This document shows, in pieces, positions 1 to 9,078 of a stretch of DNA of 39,065 nt (positions are counted from its first letter, which is position 1; each line of letters opens with the position of its first letter). The translations under genes and the position numbers were made by a program. Source of the DNA: Candidatus Azambacteria bacterium (GTDB taxonomy: Bacteria; Patescibacteriota; Minisyncoccia; UBA10092). Below the pieces are notes generated by a model. That model saw only the letters and a program-made list of their open reading frames with translations. It was not told the origin of the DNA and searched no databases. The stretch spans positions 1-39,065 of the forward strand of contig DMPO01000011.1 in assembly GCA_003455995.1 (NCBI GenBank), in the 5' to 3' direction.

Positions 1-17
1 ATCGGAAAGTTTGATAT

Positions 18-103
18 TGGTGCGCAGGGAGGGATTCGAACCCCCGTAGCCCGAAGGCGTCAGATTTACAGTCTGATGCAATTGACCGCTCTGCCACCTG
101 CGC
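18..103 (-). tRNA. tRNA-Tyr(GTA), CCA encoded
   Basis: Reverse complement GCGCAGGTGGCAGAGCGGTCAATTGCATCAGACTGTAAATCTGA...GGTTCGAATCCCTCCCTGCGCACCA; anticodon arm TCAGA-CTGTAAA-TCTGA, long variable arm. Confidence 0.96.
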
Positions 104-123
104 ATAAAAACAAAATGATCCAA

Positions 124-196
124 AGCCAGCGATCGGAATCGAACCGATGACCCCATCCTTACCATGGATGTGCTCTGCCGACTGAGCTACGCTGGC
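124..196 (-). tRNA. tRNA-Thr(GGT), CCA not encoded
   Basis: Reverse complement GCCAGCGTAGCTCAGTCGGCAGAGCA-CATCC-ATGGTAA-GGATG-GGGTC-ATCGGTTCGATTCCGAT-CGCTGGCT. Confidence 0.95.
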
Positions 197-197
197 G

Positions 198-683
198 TTA
201 TTTAACCTGCCGTTTTGTTCTCTGTCTTACAATTTTTTTCACCGGTTTGATGTCAAAAAACTTTTCGGCTTCTGGATTGGTTTTGAGCGTTAAATCTATT
301 TTTATTGCCGGTTCCGATTCGGGAATCGATTCCGATATCGCTTCCGGCTTATTCGCTAAGTCCTCCCAAAATTTTTCCCTTTCTATTTTCTCTTCTTGTT
401 TTTCTTCTTGAGAAACTTTGCCTATTAACTTAGTTAGCTGATTATCGACTTTCAGAAGCGCTATTCTTGTTTTGCGCAATAACTTCTGAGTTAGAGACAA
501 CGACTGCGCTTTAACTTTGTCTAAGGGCAATTTACTGGTCCAATCGGCAAATTTTGCCTTAAAACTAAAACCCTGGCCGTCTGTTTCGTCATTTTCATCG
601 AATTCGGCCAAATGATTGGAAACAACATAGACAATGCCGCCTAAGGCCGCTATCAATGTTGAAATGGGAATTAAATCAAACAT
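198..683 (-). CDS. hypothetical protein with N-terminal membrane anchor
   Basis: 161-aa ORF co-oriented with tsf; hydrophobic N-terminal segment, charged remainder. Confidence 0.75.
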   Translation of the reverse strand: MFDLIPISTLIAALGGIVYVVSNHLAEFDENDETDGQGFSFKAKFADWTSKLPLDKVKAQSLSLTQKLLRKTRIALLKVDNQLTKLIGKVSQEEKQEEKIEREKFWEDLANKPEAISESIPESEPAIKIDLTLKTNPEAEKFFDIKPVKKIVRQRTKRQVK

Positions 684-707
684 ATTTTAATTTAATATCG
701 TTAATTT

Positions 708-1157
708 TTAAATTTCAAACCGGCAAAATTTGCCGACTTGGATATTTTCTCCAAACTTAGCGACACCGCTTTTTATAAGTTCATCAATTGTTTGGCTTGA
801 ATCTCTGACATATTGCTGCGCCAGCAATTCTTCAACGCCGGCAGGATTCATGGCGGCTATATGCATCGCCAATTCATGGCCAAGTTCTTGAAATTGTTCG
901 GTGCGCGCCACAAAATCGGTTTCGCAAAAAAGTTCTACCAAAACCCCAATTTTATGATTAGCGTGGATATAGTGAAAAACGGAGCCGTCGTTGGTCTGGC
1001 GATCGGCTTTTTTTGCCGCCACCGTAGCGCCCCTGGCCTTTAGCAATCCCAAGGCGCGTTCCACTTCGCCTCCGGCTTCTTCCAACGCTTCGCGAATAGC
1101 GTCAATCGAAGCGCCAGTTATGGTCCTAATTTTTTTTAAGTCCTCAATTTTTGCCAT
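708..1157 (-). CDS. tsf: translation elongation factor Ts (short form)
   Basis: [10 protein letters not shown]...[15 protein letters not shown] motif; downstream of rpsB; start placed at ATG 1157 (MAKIED), overlapping the rpsB end. Confidence 0.95.
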   Translation of the reverse strand: MAKIEDLKKIRTITGASIDAIREALEEAGGEVERALGLLKARGATVAAKKADRQTNDGSVFHYIHANHKIGVLVELFCETDFVARTEQFQELGHELAMHIAAMNPAGVEELLAQQYVRDSSQTIDELIKSGVAKFGENIQVGKFCRFEI

Positions 1158-1878
1158 TTGTTTCCGGTTCAACCGGTACCGCTATTTTAACATCCGTTAA
1201 CGCTCTCTTTACCAGATCCAGAATAAAACTCACTGCGCTTATAGCGTTGTCATTGGCCGGAATCGGATAATTGAAAAGTGATGGATCGGAATTGGTATTG
1301 ACAATGCCGATTACCGGAATATTTTTTTTGACCGCTTCTTTTACCGCAATTTTATCATAGTTGGCGGAACTTGCCCAAATAGCGTCCGGCAGACGATTCA
1401 TGTCCGCAATGCCTCCCAAATCCTTCCTCAACTTTTTTATTTTCTCATCCAATTTTAACGCCTCATATTTTGTGTATTTTTCAAACTCGCCGGCGGCTTT
1501 TTGTTTTTCAAGATCTTTGAGATAATTGACACGTTTATTGATTGTAGAAAAATTTGTAAAAGTGCCGCCAAGCCAGCGCTCCGTCACGAACGGCATATTT
1601 AGATTTTCGGCGATTTTTCTTGTCAGTTCTTTGGCGGCGGGACTTGTCCCCACAAACAAAATAACGCCATTCTTTTTTCTTATATCGACAAGGAAATCTA
1701 TCGCCGCCGTTAAGCATTGCTGGGATTGTTCCAAATCGATAACTTGAAAAGCGCTTCTGTTTGACCAGATATAACTTTTCATTTTGGGATGACCGCTCGA
1801 TTTTGAGGCGCCCAGATGAATGCCGCTTAATGCCATGGCCTCCAAATTCGATTCTATGATATTTTCTTTTATACTCAT
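1144..1878 (-). CDS. rpsB: 30S ribosomal protein S2
   Basis: [38 protein letters not shown] motifs. Confidence 0.97.
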   Translation of the reverse strand: MSIKENIIESNLEAMALSGIHLGASKSSGHPKMKSYIWSNRSAFQVIDLEQSQQCLTAAIDFLVDIRKKNGVILFVGTSPAAKELTRKIAENLNMPFVTERWLGGTFTNFSTINKRVNYLKDLEKQKAAGEFEKYTKYEALKLDEKIKKLRKDLGGIADMNRLPDAIWASSANYDKIAVKEAVKKNIPVIGIVNTNSDPSLFNYPIPANDNAISAVSFILDLVKRALTDVKIAVPVEPETNGKN

Positions 1879-1909
1879 AACTCTACGATGTTAACAAAAT
1901 TGATTGAAA

Positions 1910-1938
1910 TTGACAATAGGCATCAACAGTGATAATCT
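1910..1938 (+). promoter_or_regulatory. sigma70-type promoter for rpmE-prfA
   Basis: TTGACA (1910-1915), 17-bp spacer, TAATCT (1933-1938) with extended -10 TG. Confidence 0.6.
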
Positions 1939-1948
1939 ACCGCGTATT

Positions 1949-2200
1949 ATGAAGAAAAAAATTCATCCAGAATGCTATCCCAACGCCAGCGTCAAATGCA
2001 TCTGCGGCAATTCCTTTGAAGTTGGCTCCACCGCGCCGAAAATTAGCGTTGAAATCTGCTCAAAATGCCATCCTTTTTACACCGGGAAGGACAAGATAAT
2101 AGACACGGCCGGGCGCGTTGAAAGATTTAAAAAACGGCTCGAAAAAGCGACCAAAAAAACAAAACCATTAAAGAAAGCCAGAAAATCATCGTCGAAATAA
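1949..2200 (+). CDS. rpmE: 50S ribosomal protein L31 (Zn-binding type)
   Basis: [32 protein letters not shown]; ATG at 1949. Confidence 0.96.
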   Translation: MKKKIHPECYPNASVKCICGNSFEVGSTAPKISVEICSKCHPFYTGKDKIIDTAGRVERFKKRLEKATKKTKPLKKARKSSSK

Positions 2201-2910
2201 GGGCGGGAGCGGGCGGCGACGAAGCCGGTCTTTTTGCATCGGAACTTTGGCGGGCATACCGCCGTTTTGCCGAGCGCAACGGTTTAAAAACCGAAGTAAT
2301 CGATTCGTCCCAATCGGAAATAGGAGGCGTCAAACATCTGGCGGCCGAAATTTCCGGATTTGATGTTTATGATTTATTTAAATACGAGTCGGGAGTGCAT
2401 CGAGTCCAAAGAATCCCTAAAACAGAAAAAGGCGGGCGCATTCACACCTCAACCGCTTCAGTCGCTATTTTGAAAGAAGTGCCGGAAAAAGAAGTCGTTA
2501 TTAATCCTCAAGATATTAAAACCGACACTTTCAGATCTTCAGGGCCCGGCGGCCAAAATGTCAACAAAGTGGAAACGGCTATCAGAATCACACACTTGCC
2601 GAGCGGCATTGTGGTTACTTCCCAAACTCAGCGCTCCCAAGCGCAAAATCGTGAGAGGGCGATGGCCATTTTAAGAGCCAAGCTGGCGGAAATTGAAAGA
2701 GAAAAAGCGCTGGGACAAATTACTTCGGAAAGAAAGGCGCAAATCGGGACCGGGGAAAGAGTGGAAAAAATCAGAACTTACAATTTCCCGCAGGACAGAA
2801 TCACCGACCATCGCATCGGCAAATCCTGGCAACGTATTGAAAAAATCATGGACGGCAACCTCGAACCCATAATAGAAGCGCTGACAAAAAACTTAAAAAA
2901 ACCAATATAA
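2131..2910 (+). CDS. prfA: peptide chain release factor 1 lacking N-terminal domain 1; start codon uncertain (start given is the first codon of the open frame)
   Basis: Frame is open from 2131: [34 protein letters not shown] (PxT = RF1), [24 protein letters not shown]. No ATG/GTG/TTG before GTG 2395. Confidence 0.9.
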   Translation, partial: KTARKSDQKNKTIKESQKIIVEIRAGAGGDEAGLFASELWRAYRRFAERNGLKTEVIDSSQSEIGGVKHLAAEISGFDVYDLFKYESGVHRVQRIPKTEKGGRIHTSTASVAILKEVPEKEVVINPQDIKTDTFRSSGPGGQNVNKVETAIRITHLPSGIVVTSQTQRSQAQNRERAMAILRAKLAEIEREKALGQITSERKAQIGTGERVEKIRTYNFPQDRITDHRIGKSWQRIEKIMDGNLEPIIEALTKNLKKPI

Positions 2911-3040
2911 ATTATTTTCCGACGCTTATGAAGCCATTTTGGCACGGTTCTCGCGTAGCGAGACAAAATGAGCTTCATCGGACAGCGAACTCGTCGCTGG
3001 CGAGTGAGCGCGCAAGGAAAATGATTTATATTGGTTTTTT
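2896..3040. repeat. MITE/REP-like structured element with 25-bp terminal inverted repeats; may also act as a bidirectional terminator
   Basis: 2896-2920 vs 3016-3040 are 24/25 complementary; internal stems ATGAAGC/GCTTCAT, CATTTTG/CAAAATG, TCTCGC-GTA-GCGAGA, CAGCGA/TCGCTG. Confidence 0.75.
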
Positions 3041-4307
3041 ACTTCTGACTTAAGATATTGATGTCGTTTTGGATTTTTGTCGCTTGCGCCATAACATTAT
3101 TGGCATAAATTCTGGCTGTTAGAGATGTATTCCAACGACTGCCGGCAATATACATTTTCGCCGCTTTGACCTCCGACGCGTAGGTTTGTCTATCGGCGCC
3201 GGATTGCGCCAACATCAACCCGGAAGCGGTAAACGCGTCTTCTATATTCCACGGCGACGCCGGCCGATGACCGGTCAAGCTCGCCACCTTATCGGCATAC
3301 AAAAGCCAAGTGGTGGGTATAAATTGCGCCGGACCCATCGCCCCTCCCCAACCATAGGCCGGTCTTTTGGAAACCGGCGTTGAGTCGGGGTTCAAGCCCA
3401 AAGAACTGGTTATTGCTTGAAAAGCGCCGAAATCTCGAGGATGCATATCGACTCGCCAAGTCCCCTTGCCGACATTGCCTCCCCAATCCGATTCAATTTT
3501 AACGATAGCCATAATAAAAGCCGCCCTGACTCCGGTTAACCGCGATGCCGGCAAAGCGTTTTTCAGCGCCTCCTCGAATGTCATTTTAAAACCCATGGCC
3601 AACTCATATGGTTGGTTTCTGATTTTATCCAAGTCCTCTCGCGCTTTAACCAAAAGTTGTTGATATGTTTTTTCTTGTCCTTTTGTTTGATCTAGAAGTT
3701 TTTGTCTTTGTTTTTTTGAACTTTCCAATTCGCTTCTCTGGCGCACCTGAACGCGTTTAAGTTGTTCCTGTTCGGCTTTGTCTGATTCCAAATCCTCTTT
3801 TTCTTGAATAAGTTTTTCTTTCAGCGTTTTAATGGCCGCCAGCGTTTCTTGAATCTGGCTTTGGACATTGCTTATATAATTTAAATCGCTGAAAAAATCC
3901 GAAAATTTGTTATTTTTAAGCAAAAATTCCAACAAAGACCCCGAGTCGCTTCTGGCGGCCTGTCTTAAATATTTTGCCAGAATTTCATTTTGTCTCGCAA
4001 TCTCTTTTTCTTTTAAAGCAATGCTATTTTCTTTTTGTTTTATAGCCGAAGAAAGTTGAGCGATAGTCAAATTAGTAGCGTCAATTTCTGCCTGCGCTTG
4101 CTTGATTTGCAGTTCAAAAATTGATATTTGGTTCGCCAAGCTTTGTGCTTCCTTGCTTTTTTCTTGAATCTGCTGGTTATATTGGTCTATGGATGCTTCC
4201 AGCTGTCTTATTTTATCGCTTCGCGCATCGGCAAAAACCGCTTGCGGCATAAAAGCGACAAACGCCAAAAAACATAGGGAAATCAGAAAAAATCCTGATT
4301 TTTTCAT
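3039..4307 (-). CDS. secreted coiled-coil protein with C-terminal lytic transglycosylase (SLT/lysozyme-like) domain
   Basis: Signal peptide, long CwlO/PcsB-like coiled coil, AIVKIESDWG catalytic Glu, GAMGPAQFIPTTW motif. Confidence 0.85.
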   Translation of the reverse strand: MKKSGFFLISLCFLAFVAFMPQAVFADARSDKIRQLEASIDQYNQQIQEKSKEAQSLANQISIFELQIKQAQAEIDATNLTIAQLSSAIKQKENSIALKEKEIARQNEILAKYLRQAARSDSGSLLEFLLKNNKFSDFFSDLNYISNVQSQIQETLAAIKTLKEKLIQEKEDLESDKAEQEQLKRVQVRQRSELESSKKQRQKLLDQTKGQEKTYQQLLVKAREDLDKIRNQPYELAMGFKMTFEEALKNALPASRLTGVRAAFIMAIVKIESDWGGNVGKGTWRVDMHPRDFGAFQAITSSLGLNPDSTPVSKRPAYGWGGAMGPAQFIPTTWLLYADKVASLTGHRPASPWNIEDAFTASGLMLAQSGADRQTYASEVKAAKMYIAGSRWNTSLTARIYANNVMAQATKIQNDINILSQK

Positions 4308-4321
4308 TATGATATATGGGT

Positions 4322-5026
4322 TTATTCGGTTGCCTCTGTTTTTTCTTCCGAGCGTTCTTTAACTTTTTCTTCGGTTTCAACGGCCACCTCTTCAACTTTT
4401 TCTTCCACCTGTCCAGACAATGTCTCCATTTCCGCTTCCGATCTCGGAGGCGCGACGGCCGCCACCGAAGTTTCTTGATTTTCAAGAATTTCAACGCCCT
4501 TGGGCAACTTAATATCTCCTACCAATATATTATCATCAAATGTCCTGATTTGGGAAATGTTCACTTCAATTTGGTGCGGCAAATCGGTCGGCAGAGCCCT
4601 GACTTCCAATCCCTGCATGGCTTTAACCAATGTGCCTCCCAAATCGGAAACCGCCGGAGCGTCACCGATAAAAACCAGCGGAATATTGGCGGTTATTTTT
4701 TCGTCCATTCGAACCTCATAAAAATCCACATGAGTGATCACATCGGTCATGGTATCGCGGCTGACATCGTGAACCAAAACATTTTTCCAGCCAGAGGCTG
4801 GTCCGCCTTTGGCGGAAACCTTTTCTTCATTTACAAATAATTTTATCAGGGTGGTTTCGCCGGCAGTTTTGAAAAGCTTGGAAAATTCTTTTTGATTCAA
4901 TTCTATGGGAGTAGTACCGTCATTTCCGCCATAAACAACCGCGGGAATAACCCCCTCTCTCCTCAAGGACTTCACCGCTTTCCCCAATATTTCCCTCTTT
5001 TTGCTTTTTATTTCCAAAATCGTCAT
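4322..5026 (-). CDS. rplY: 50S ribosomal protein L25 / Ctc form
   Basis: LRREGVIPAVVYG, HVDFY, C-terminal Ctc domain with acidic tail; ATG at 5026. Confidence 0.95.
   Translation of the reverse strand: MTILEIKSKKREILGKAVKSLRREGVIPAVVYGGNDGTTPIELNQKEFSKLFKTAGETTLIKLFVNEEKVSAKGGPASGWKNVLVHDVSRDTMTDVITHVDFYEVRMDEKITANIPLVFIGDAPAVSDLGGTLVKAMQGLEVRALPTDLPHQIEVNISQIRTFDDNILVGDIKLPKGVEILENQETSVAAVAPPRSEAEMETLSGQVEEKVEEVAVETEEKVKERSEEKTEATE
4787..4816. repeat. 30-bp twin-hairpin palindromic element in frame within rplY
   Basis: CCAGCC-AGA-GGCTGG directly followed by TCCGCC-TTT-GGCGGA; encodes SAKGGPASGW. Confidence 0.75.
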
Positions 5027-5064
5027 GTCTGCCAAATATAACCAAACTTCCGCAAAAAGTCAAC

Positions 5065-5925
5065 CTATATTTTATTTATACTGCCGAAGATTTTTAATTT
5101 CTGTTCGATGACTTTTTTCATCGTTTCGATGGAGGGCGTTAAAATTTTATACGGCGTGGTTTCTTGGGGCATATCGCCAAGGGTCTTTCTCAATGATTCC
5201 GTAAAAGCGACTCTGATTTCCGTATTGATATGAACCATGGAAATGCCCGCTTCAATGGCGTTTTTAAATTCTTGCTCGCCAAGGCCGGAACCGCCATGCA
5301 AAACCAGATAAACATTTTCCCACACCGCTTTTTTAATATCGCCTATTCTGGAAATATCAATCGATTCCGCGCTTTTGATGACAATGCCGTGGATATTGCC
5401 CACCGCCGGCGCCAGCATATCGACTCCGGTTTCTTTGGCGAATCGCGCCGCTTCTTCCGGCTTGGTTAAATCCTCCGGTTTTATTTCCACAACTTCCTGA
5501 ATTTTTGATTCCCCTCTCACATAGCCCAATTCGCCTTCAACAATAATGTCCGGATTTTTTGATTTGGCGTATTCGACGCTTTGTTTGGTCATTTTGATAT
5601 TTTCTTCAAACGACAAAGCGGAAAAATCAGCCAAAATAGCGTCATAGCCGGCGTCAACCGCCGCCTTTATCGTTTCAAAACTTTTGTGATGATCGGCGTT
5701 TAAAAATATGGGAATGGAAAATTCTTCCCGAAAGGCCTTAACCAAATAGACCGCTTCTTTCAGGCCGAGATGTTTGCTCTCGCCTTCGGAAGTGCCAACA
5801 AAAATGGGCGTTTTTAATTCGGCGGCGGATTCGACAATTGCCCGCAACGCTTCATTTTCGGAAAAATTAAAATGCCCCATCGCCCACTTTTCGGAAACTG
5901 TTTTTTTTAAGTAGTCCTTTATCAT
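5065..5925 (-). CDS. fba: class II fructose-bisphosphate aldolase
   Basis: FN, ADHH, VEGELG, AVGNIHG, LVLHGGSG, INTE motifs. Confidence 0.92.
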   Translation of the reverse strand: MIKDYLKKTVSEKWAMGHFNFSENEALRAIVESAAELKTPIFVGTSEGESKHLGLKEAVYLVKAFREEFSIPIFLNADHHKSFETIKAAVDAGYDAILADFSALSFEENIKMTKQSVEYAKSKNPDIIVEGELGYVRGESKIQEVVEIKPEDLTKPEEAARFAKETGVDMLAPAVGNIHGIVIKSAESIDISRIGDIKKAVWENVYLVLHGGSGLGEQEFKNAIEAGISMVHINTEIRVAFTESLRKTLGDMPQETTPYKILTPSIETMKKVIEQKLKIFGSINKI

Positions 5926-6929
5926 TCTAAAATTTTTGGTTCGTAATCGGGCGGCGTTTTTTTTAAATACTCTTCAATTTGTTCTCGCGTCAATAAACCG
6001 GCTTGCGCCCCTACCTGCTGGACTACCGACATCGGATTTACCGGCGCCCATTTCAGAGCGTCTTTTATGCTCAACCCTAAAGCCAAAGCGGCGACAAAAG
6101 TCGACGCAAAGGCGTCGCCGGCGCCGGTGCGTTCTAGCGGCGGCTTGGGATCCGGATACGGCCGCATGAACAGCGCTTCGGCGCCATCGTAGGAATAGGC
6201 GCCGTTGACGCCGTCGGTAATGACAACTATTTTGGGGCCCAAAACCGCCGTCATCTTTAAAAGTTTTGCGATATCATGTTCTTCGGTCGCCAAAATTCTC
6301 CGCGCTTCTTCTTTATTGCAAAAAAAGATGTCTGTTCTTTTGTATATTCCCGCCAGCGTCTCTTTTCCGAATTTCATCTGAAAAGTGCCCGGCTGAAAAG
6401 CCAGTTTTATTTCCGGATGCAACTGCAAATATTTTAAAATTTCGTTATGAAAAGACAGGGAACTCTCTCCAAGTGAAGAAAGATAAATCCATTTCGGTTC
6501 GCCAATATCGGCAAGTTTGTATTGATATTGCTCGTGTTTTACCAAAATCGTCCTGTCGTCTCCAAACCATAAAACAAAATGCTGATTCGTTTTATTGCCA
6601 TTATCAACGGCGATAAATTCAGTGCCGACATTTTCTTTTTTCAAAATTTCAATGCAATCCGTTCCCTCGCGGTCATTGCCGATATCTGCCATTAAGGCGC
6701 TTTTTAATCCCAAGCGGGACGCCGCCACCGCGGCGTTGGCGGCGTTGCCGACGGCCGGCACATAATATTTTTCTTCATACGGAATTTTGTCGGCAAAATT
6801 CAGACAAAGTTTCGGTTTTTCGCCGTCGCCATCGCGCATAATTTGCGCCTCTTTAAGACGGATAAAAGTATCAACGGTAATATCGCCTATCCCCAAAACA
6901 TCATATTTTTGTTTTCCAAACAAACTCAT
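5922..6929 (-). CDS. PfkB/ribokinase-family carbohydrate kinase
   Basis: GNAANAAVAASRLG, NKEEA, ITDG, RTGAGDAF signatures. Confidence 0.92.
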   Translation of the reverse strand: MSLFGKQKYDVLGIGDITVDTFIRLKEAQIMRDGDGEKPKLCLNFADKIPYEEKYYVPAVGNAANAAVAASRLGLKSALMADIGNDREGTDCIEILKKENVGTEFIAVDNGNKTNQHFVLWFGDDRTILVKHEQYQYKLADIGEPKWIYLSSLGESSLSFHNEILKYLQLHPEIKLAFQPGTFQMKFGKETLAGIYKRTDIFFCNKEEARRILATEEHDIAKLLKMTAVLGPKIVVITDGVNGAYSYDGAEALFMRPYPDPKPPLERTGAGDAFASTFVAALALGLSIKDALKWAPVNPMSVVQQVGAQAGLLTREQIEEYLKKTPPDYEPKILE

Positions 6930-7927
6930 TTTTTTCTTTTTATAGCGTTAATAATCGCCGCTTTAATGTCTTTAACGCCCATGCCAAGCGCCTCAATGAG
7001 TTCGCTGGCTTCGCCTGACTCTCCAAAGCGGTCATGAACGCCGATAAATTCTTGCGGCGCCGGAAAATTTTGCGCCAGCATTTCGGCAACGGCCGAACCC
7101 AATCCTCCGGCAATCTGGTGTTCCTCAACGCTGACAATGGCGCCGGTCTTTTTGACTGAATTCAGAATCGTTTCCGCGTCCAGCGGTTTAACCGTGTGGC
7201 AATTTATCACTTCCGCTTCAATTCCTTCTTTTGATAATTCTTCGGCGGCCATAAGCGCATTATGCAAAAGCGCGCCGCAACCGATTACCGTCACGTCTGC
7301 CGCTCGCCCTGAGCTTATAGAAGGGTCCCTGAAAATAACCGCCTTGCCGATTTCAAACGGCGTTTCTTTCGTCGTAAATACCGGTGTTTTTTCACGGCCG
7401 AAACGAAGATAGGTCGGGCCGCCGCCGAAGGCGGCGGCCAAAGTGGCCTTTTGCGCTTCAAGCGCGTCGCAGGGAACAATCACCGTCATATTCGGCTGAA
7501 CGCGCATTAGCGCGATATCTTCCAACGCCTGATGAGTCGCTCCGTCAGGCCCAACGGAAACGCCGGCGTGTCCGCCGCAGATTTTTACCGGCAATCTGCT
7601 TAAACTGACTAAGGTTCTTATCTGTTCGTTATTCCGTCCCGGGCTGAAGGCGGCATAGGAAGCGATGAATGGAATTTTTCCGTAATTCGCCAGTCCCGAA
7701 GCGACAGCAGCTAAATTTTGTTCGGCAACGCCGATTTCTATGTAGCGATCGGGAAATTTTTCTTTGAACCAATGGCATCGAGTTGATTCGGCGAGGTCGG
7801 CGCAAAGAACGACGATTTTTTCGTCTTTTGCACCGGCCTCAACCAATCCCTTGCCAAAGCCGTCGCGCGTCGGCGTCATTTCCGCTTTTGACAAATCTTC
7901 AATTAAATAAATATTTTTGTTTATCAC
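6926..7927 (-). CDS. transketolase, C-terminal subunit
   Basis: TRDGFG, ADLAES, GVAEQN, GPDGATHQ, VEEHQIAGGLGS, FGESG. Confidence 0.94.
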   Translation of the reverse strand: MINKNIYLIEDLSKAEMTPTRDGFGKGLVEAGAKDEKIVVLCADLAESTRCHWFKEKFPDRYIEIGVAEQNLAAVASGLANYGKIPFIASYAAFSPGRNNEQIRTLVSLSRLPVKICGGHAGVSVGPDGATHQALEDIALMRVQPNMTVIVPCDALEAQKATLAAAFGGGPTYLRFGREKTPVFTTKETPFEIGKAVIFRDPSISSGRAADVTVIGCGALLHNALMAAEELSKEGIEAEVINCHTVKPLDAETILNSVKKTGAIVSVEEHQIAGGLGSAVAEMLAQNFPAPQEFIGVHDRFGESGEASELIEALGMGVKDIKAAIINAIKRKK

Positions 7928-7934
7928 AGATTTA

Positions 7935-9077
7935 TTAACTAATATAATAGTGCATACTAAGATTTTTTATTAAATTATATGTATTGTGTATGAAATTTAA
8001 ATTTTGATAAATCTTTGTGATTGGATTAAACTCCTTTGTTTTATAATAAAAAATTAAATCTTGCGTTAAATCTTCCAACAAATTGATAGAAAAAACCGCA
8101 TTCCTAGTTTCATCAATGGGCGATAAATTCACCGAAGATTTGAAAGAACCGTCTTTTTGTTCAAAACTTTTCAATAATTTAAAACACTCCTTAACTTTAT
8201 TCACCAAGCTCTTTAATTCATTATATTTTAACTCGGTTTTTGAATAAAGAAAGTCTACACAGTAAATTATTTTAGATAAATCTTCAGTTGTATTCTTGTT
8301 AGAGATAAAACTCAATAAATACACAAGCCACAAATTTATATTTTGAGGCGCCTTATTTAAATTATCCAAAATAAAACATACTTTAAAGAAACTATCTAAA
8401 TCGTTCGGAATGATTTTAATAATTTTTTGTTCGTCTATAATTTGTTGCAACAAGAAAGATAATTTTTCTTTATTAATTCCAATAGGGTCGTGCTGAAAAT
8501 TGAGAATATAATTTTTTACATCAATCATTTCAATAACGGACTTTAAGGTGGGGTCAGATTCCAATATTTTTATAAATTTATTCCTCGGTATTCTGTAGGC
8601 ATCTTTTCTCCAAGCATCTACAAACCCTATCTTTCCATTTTTTAAAACCCATTCTGGATTAAAAAATGCAAAAGAATGGTTATTTTTTAAAATATATAAA
8701 ATTTTCCTATCTTGATGCGGTTCTCTTTTCCCAGTTTTTTTATTCTTTTTGGCAATTTTAGAAATGGCAAAATCAAAATATTTCAAATCAATTTTATCGG
8801 CATATTGGAACTCAATATCAAAATCTTTATCATCAATCATTGCATGATAGTCCGGTTCTCTAGTCACTCCTCCCTTTCTTAAAAACCATAAAAAAGCATC
8901 ACCACTAGATTTAGACACTTTGATTTTTTGCTTTGGATACAATGTCGACAGCTTAGATTTCAACCATACGAGTATTTCCAATTCTGCGATGGCTTTTTTC
9001 TTCATATCTTTTCTATATTCAAGATATGTTCTTGATTTTATATCGCTAGATTGCGCGTAAATTGTTTTTGCGTCCAT
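7935..9077 (-). CDS. hypothetical protein, putative restriction endonuclease-like partner of the adjacent MTase
   Basis: 380 aa, AT-rich, 1 bp downstream of the MTase; PD-x10-E-x-Q segment (EPDYHAMIDDKDFDIEFQY) resembles a PD-(D/E)xK site; function is inferred. Confidence 0.5.
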   Translation of the reverse strand: MDAKTIYAQSSDIKSRTYLEYRKDMKKKAIAELEILVWLKSKLSTLYPKQKIKVSKSSGDAFLWFLRKGGVTREPDYHAMIDDKDFDIEFQYADKIDLKYFDFAISKIAKKNKKTGKREPHQDRKILYILKNNHSFAFFNPEWVLKNGKIGFVDAWRKDAYRIPRNKFIKILESDPTLKSVIEMIDVKNYILNFQHDPIGINKEKLSFLLQQIIDEQKIIKIIPNDLDSFFKVCFILDNLNKAPQNINLWLVYLLSFISNKNTTEDLSKIIYCVDFLYSKTELKYNELKSLVNKVKECFKLLKSFEQKDGSFKSSVNLSPIDETRNAVFSINLLEDLTQDLIFYYKTKEFNPITKIYQNLNFIHNTYNLIKNLSMHYYIS

Positions 9078-9078
9078 A

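Noticed and set aside
708-1157. Short EF-Ts as a pseudogene
   Set aside because: Intact ORF with conserved motifs; short EF-Ts forms are known in several bacterial lineages.
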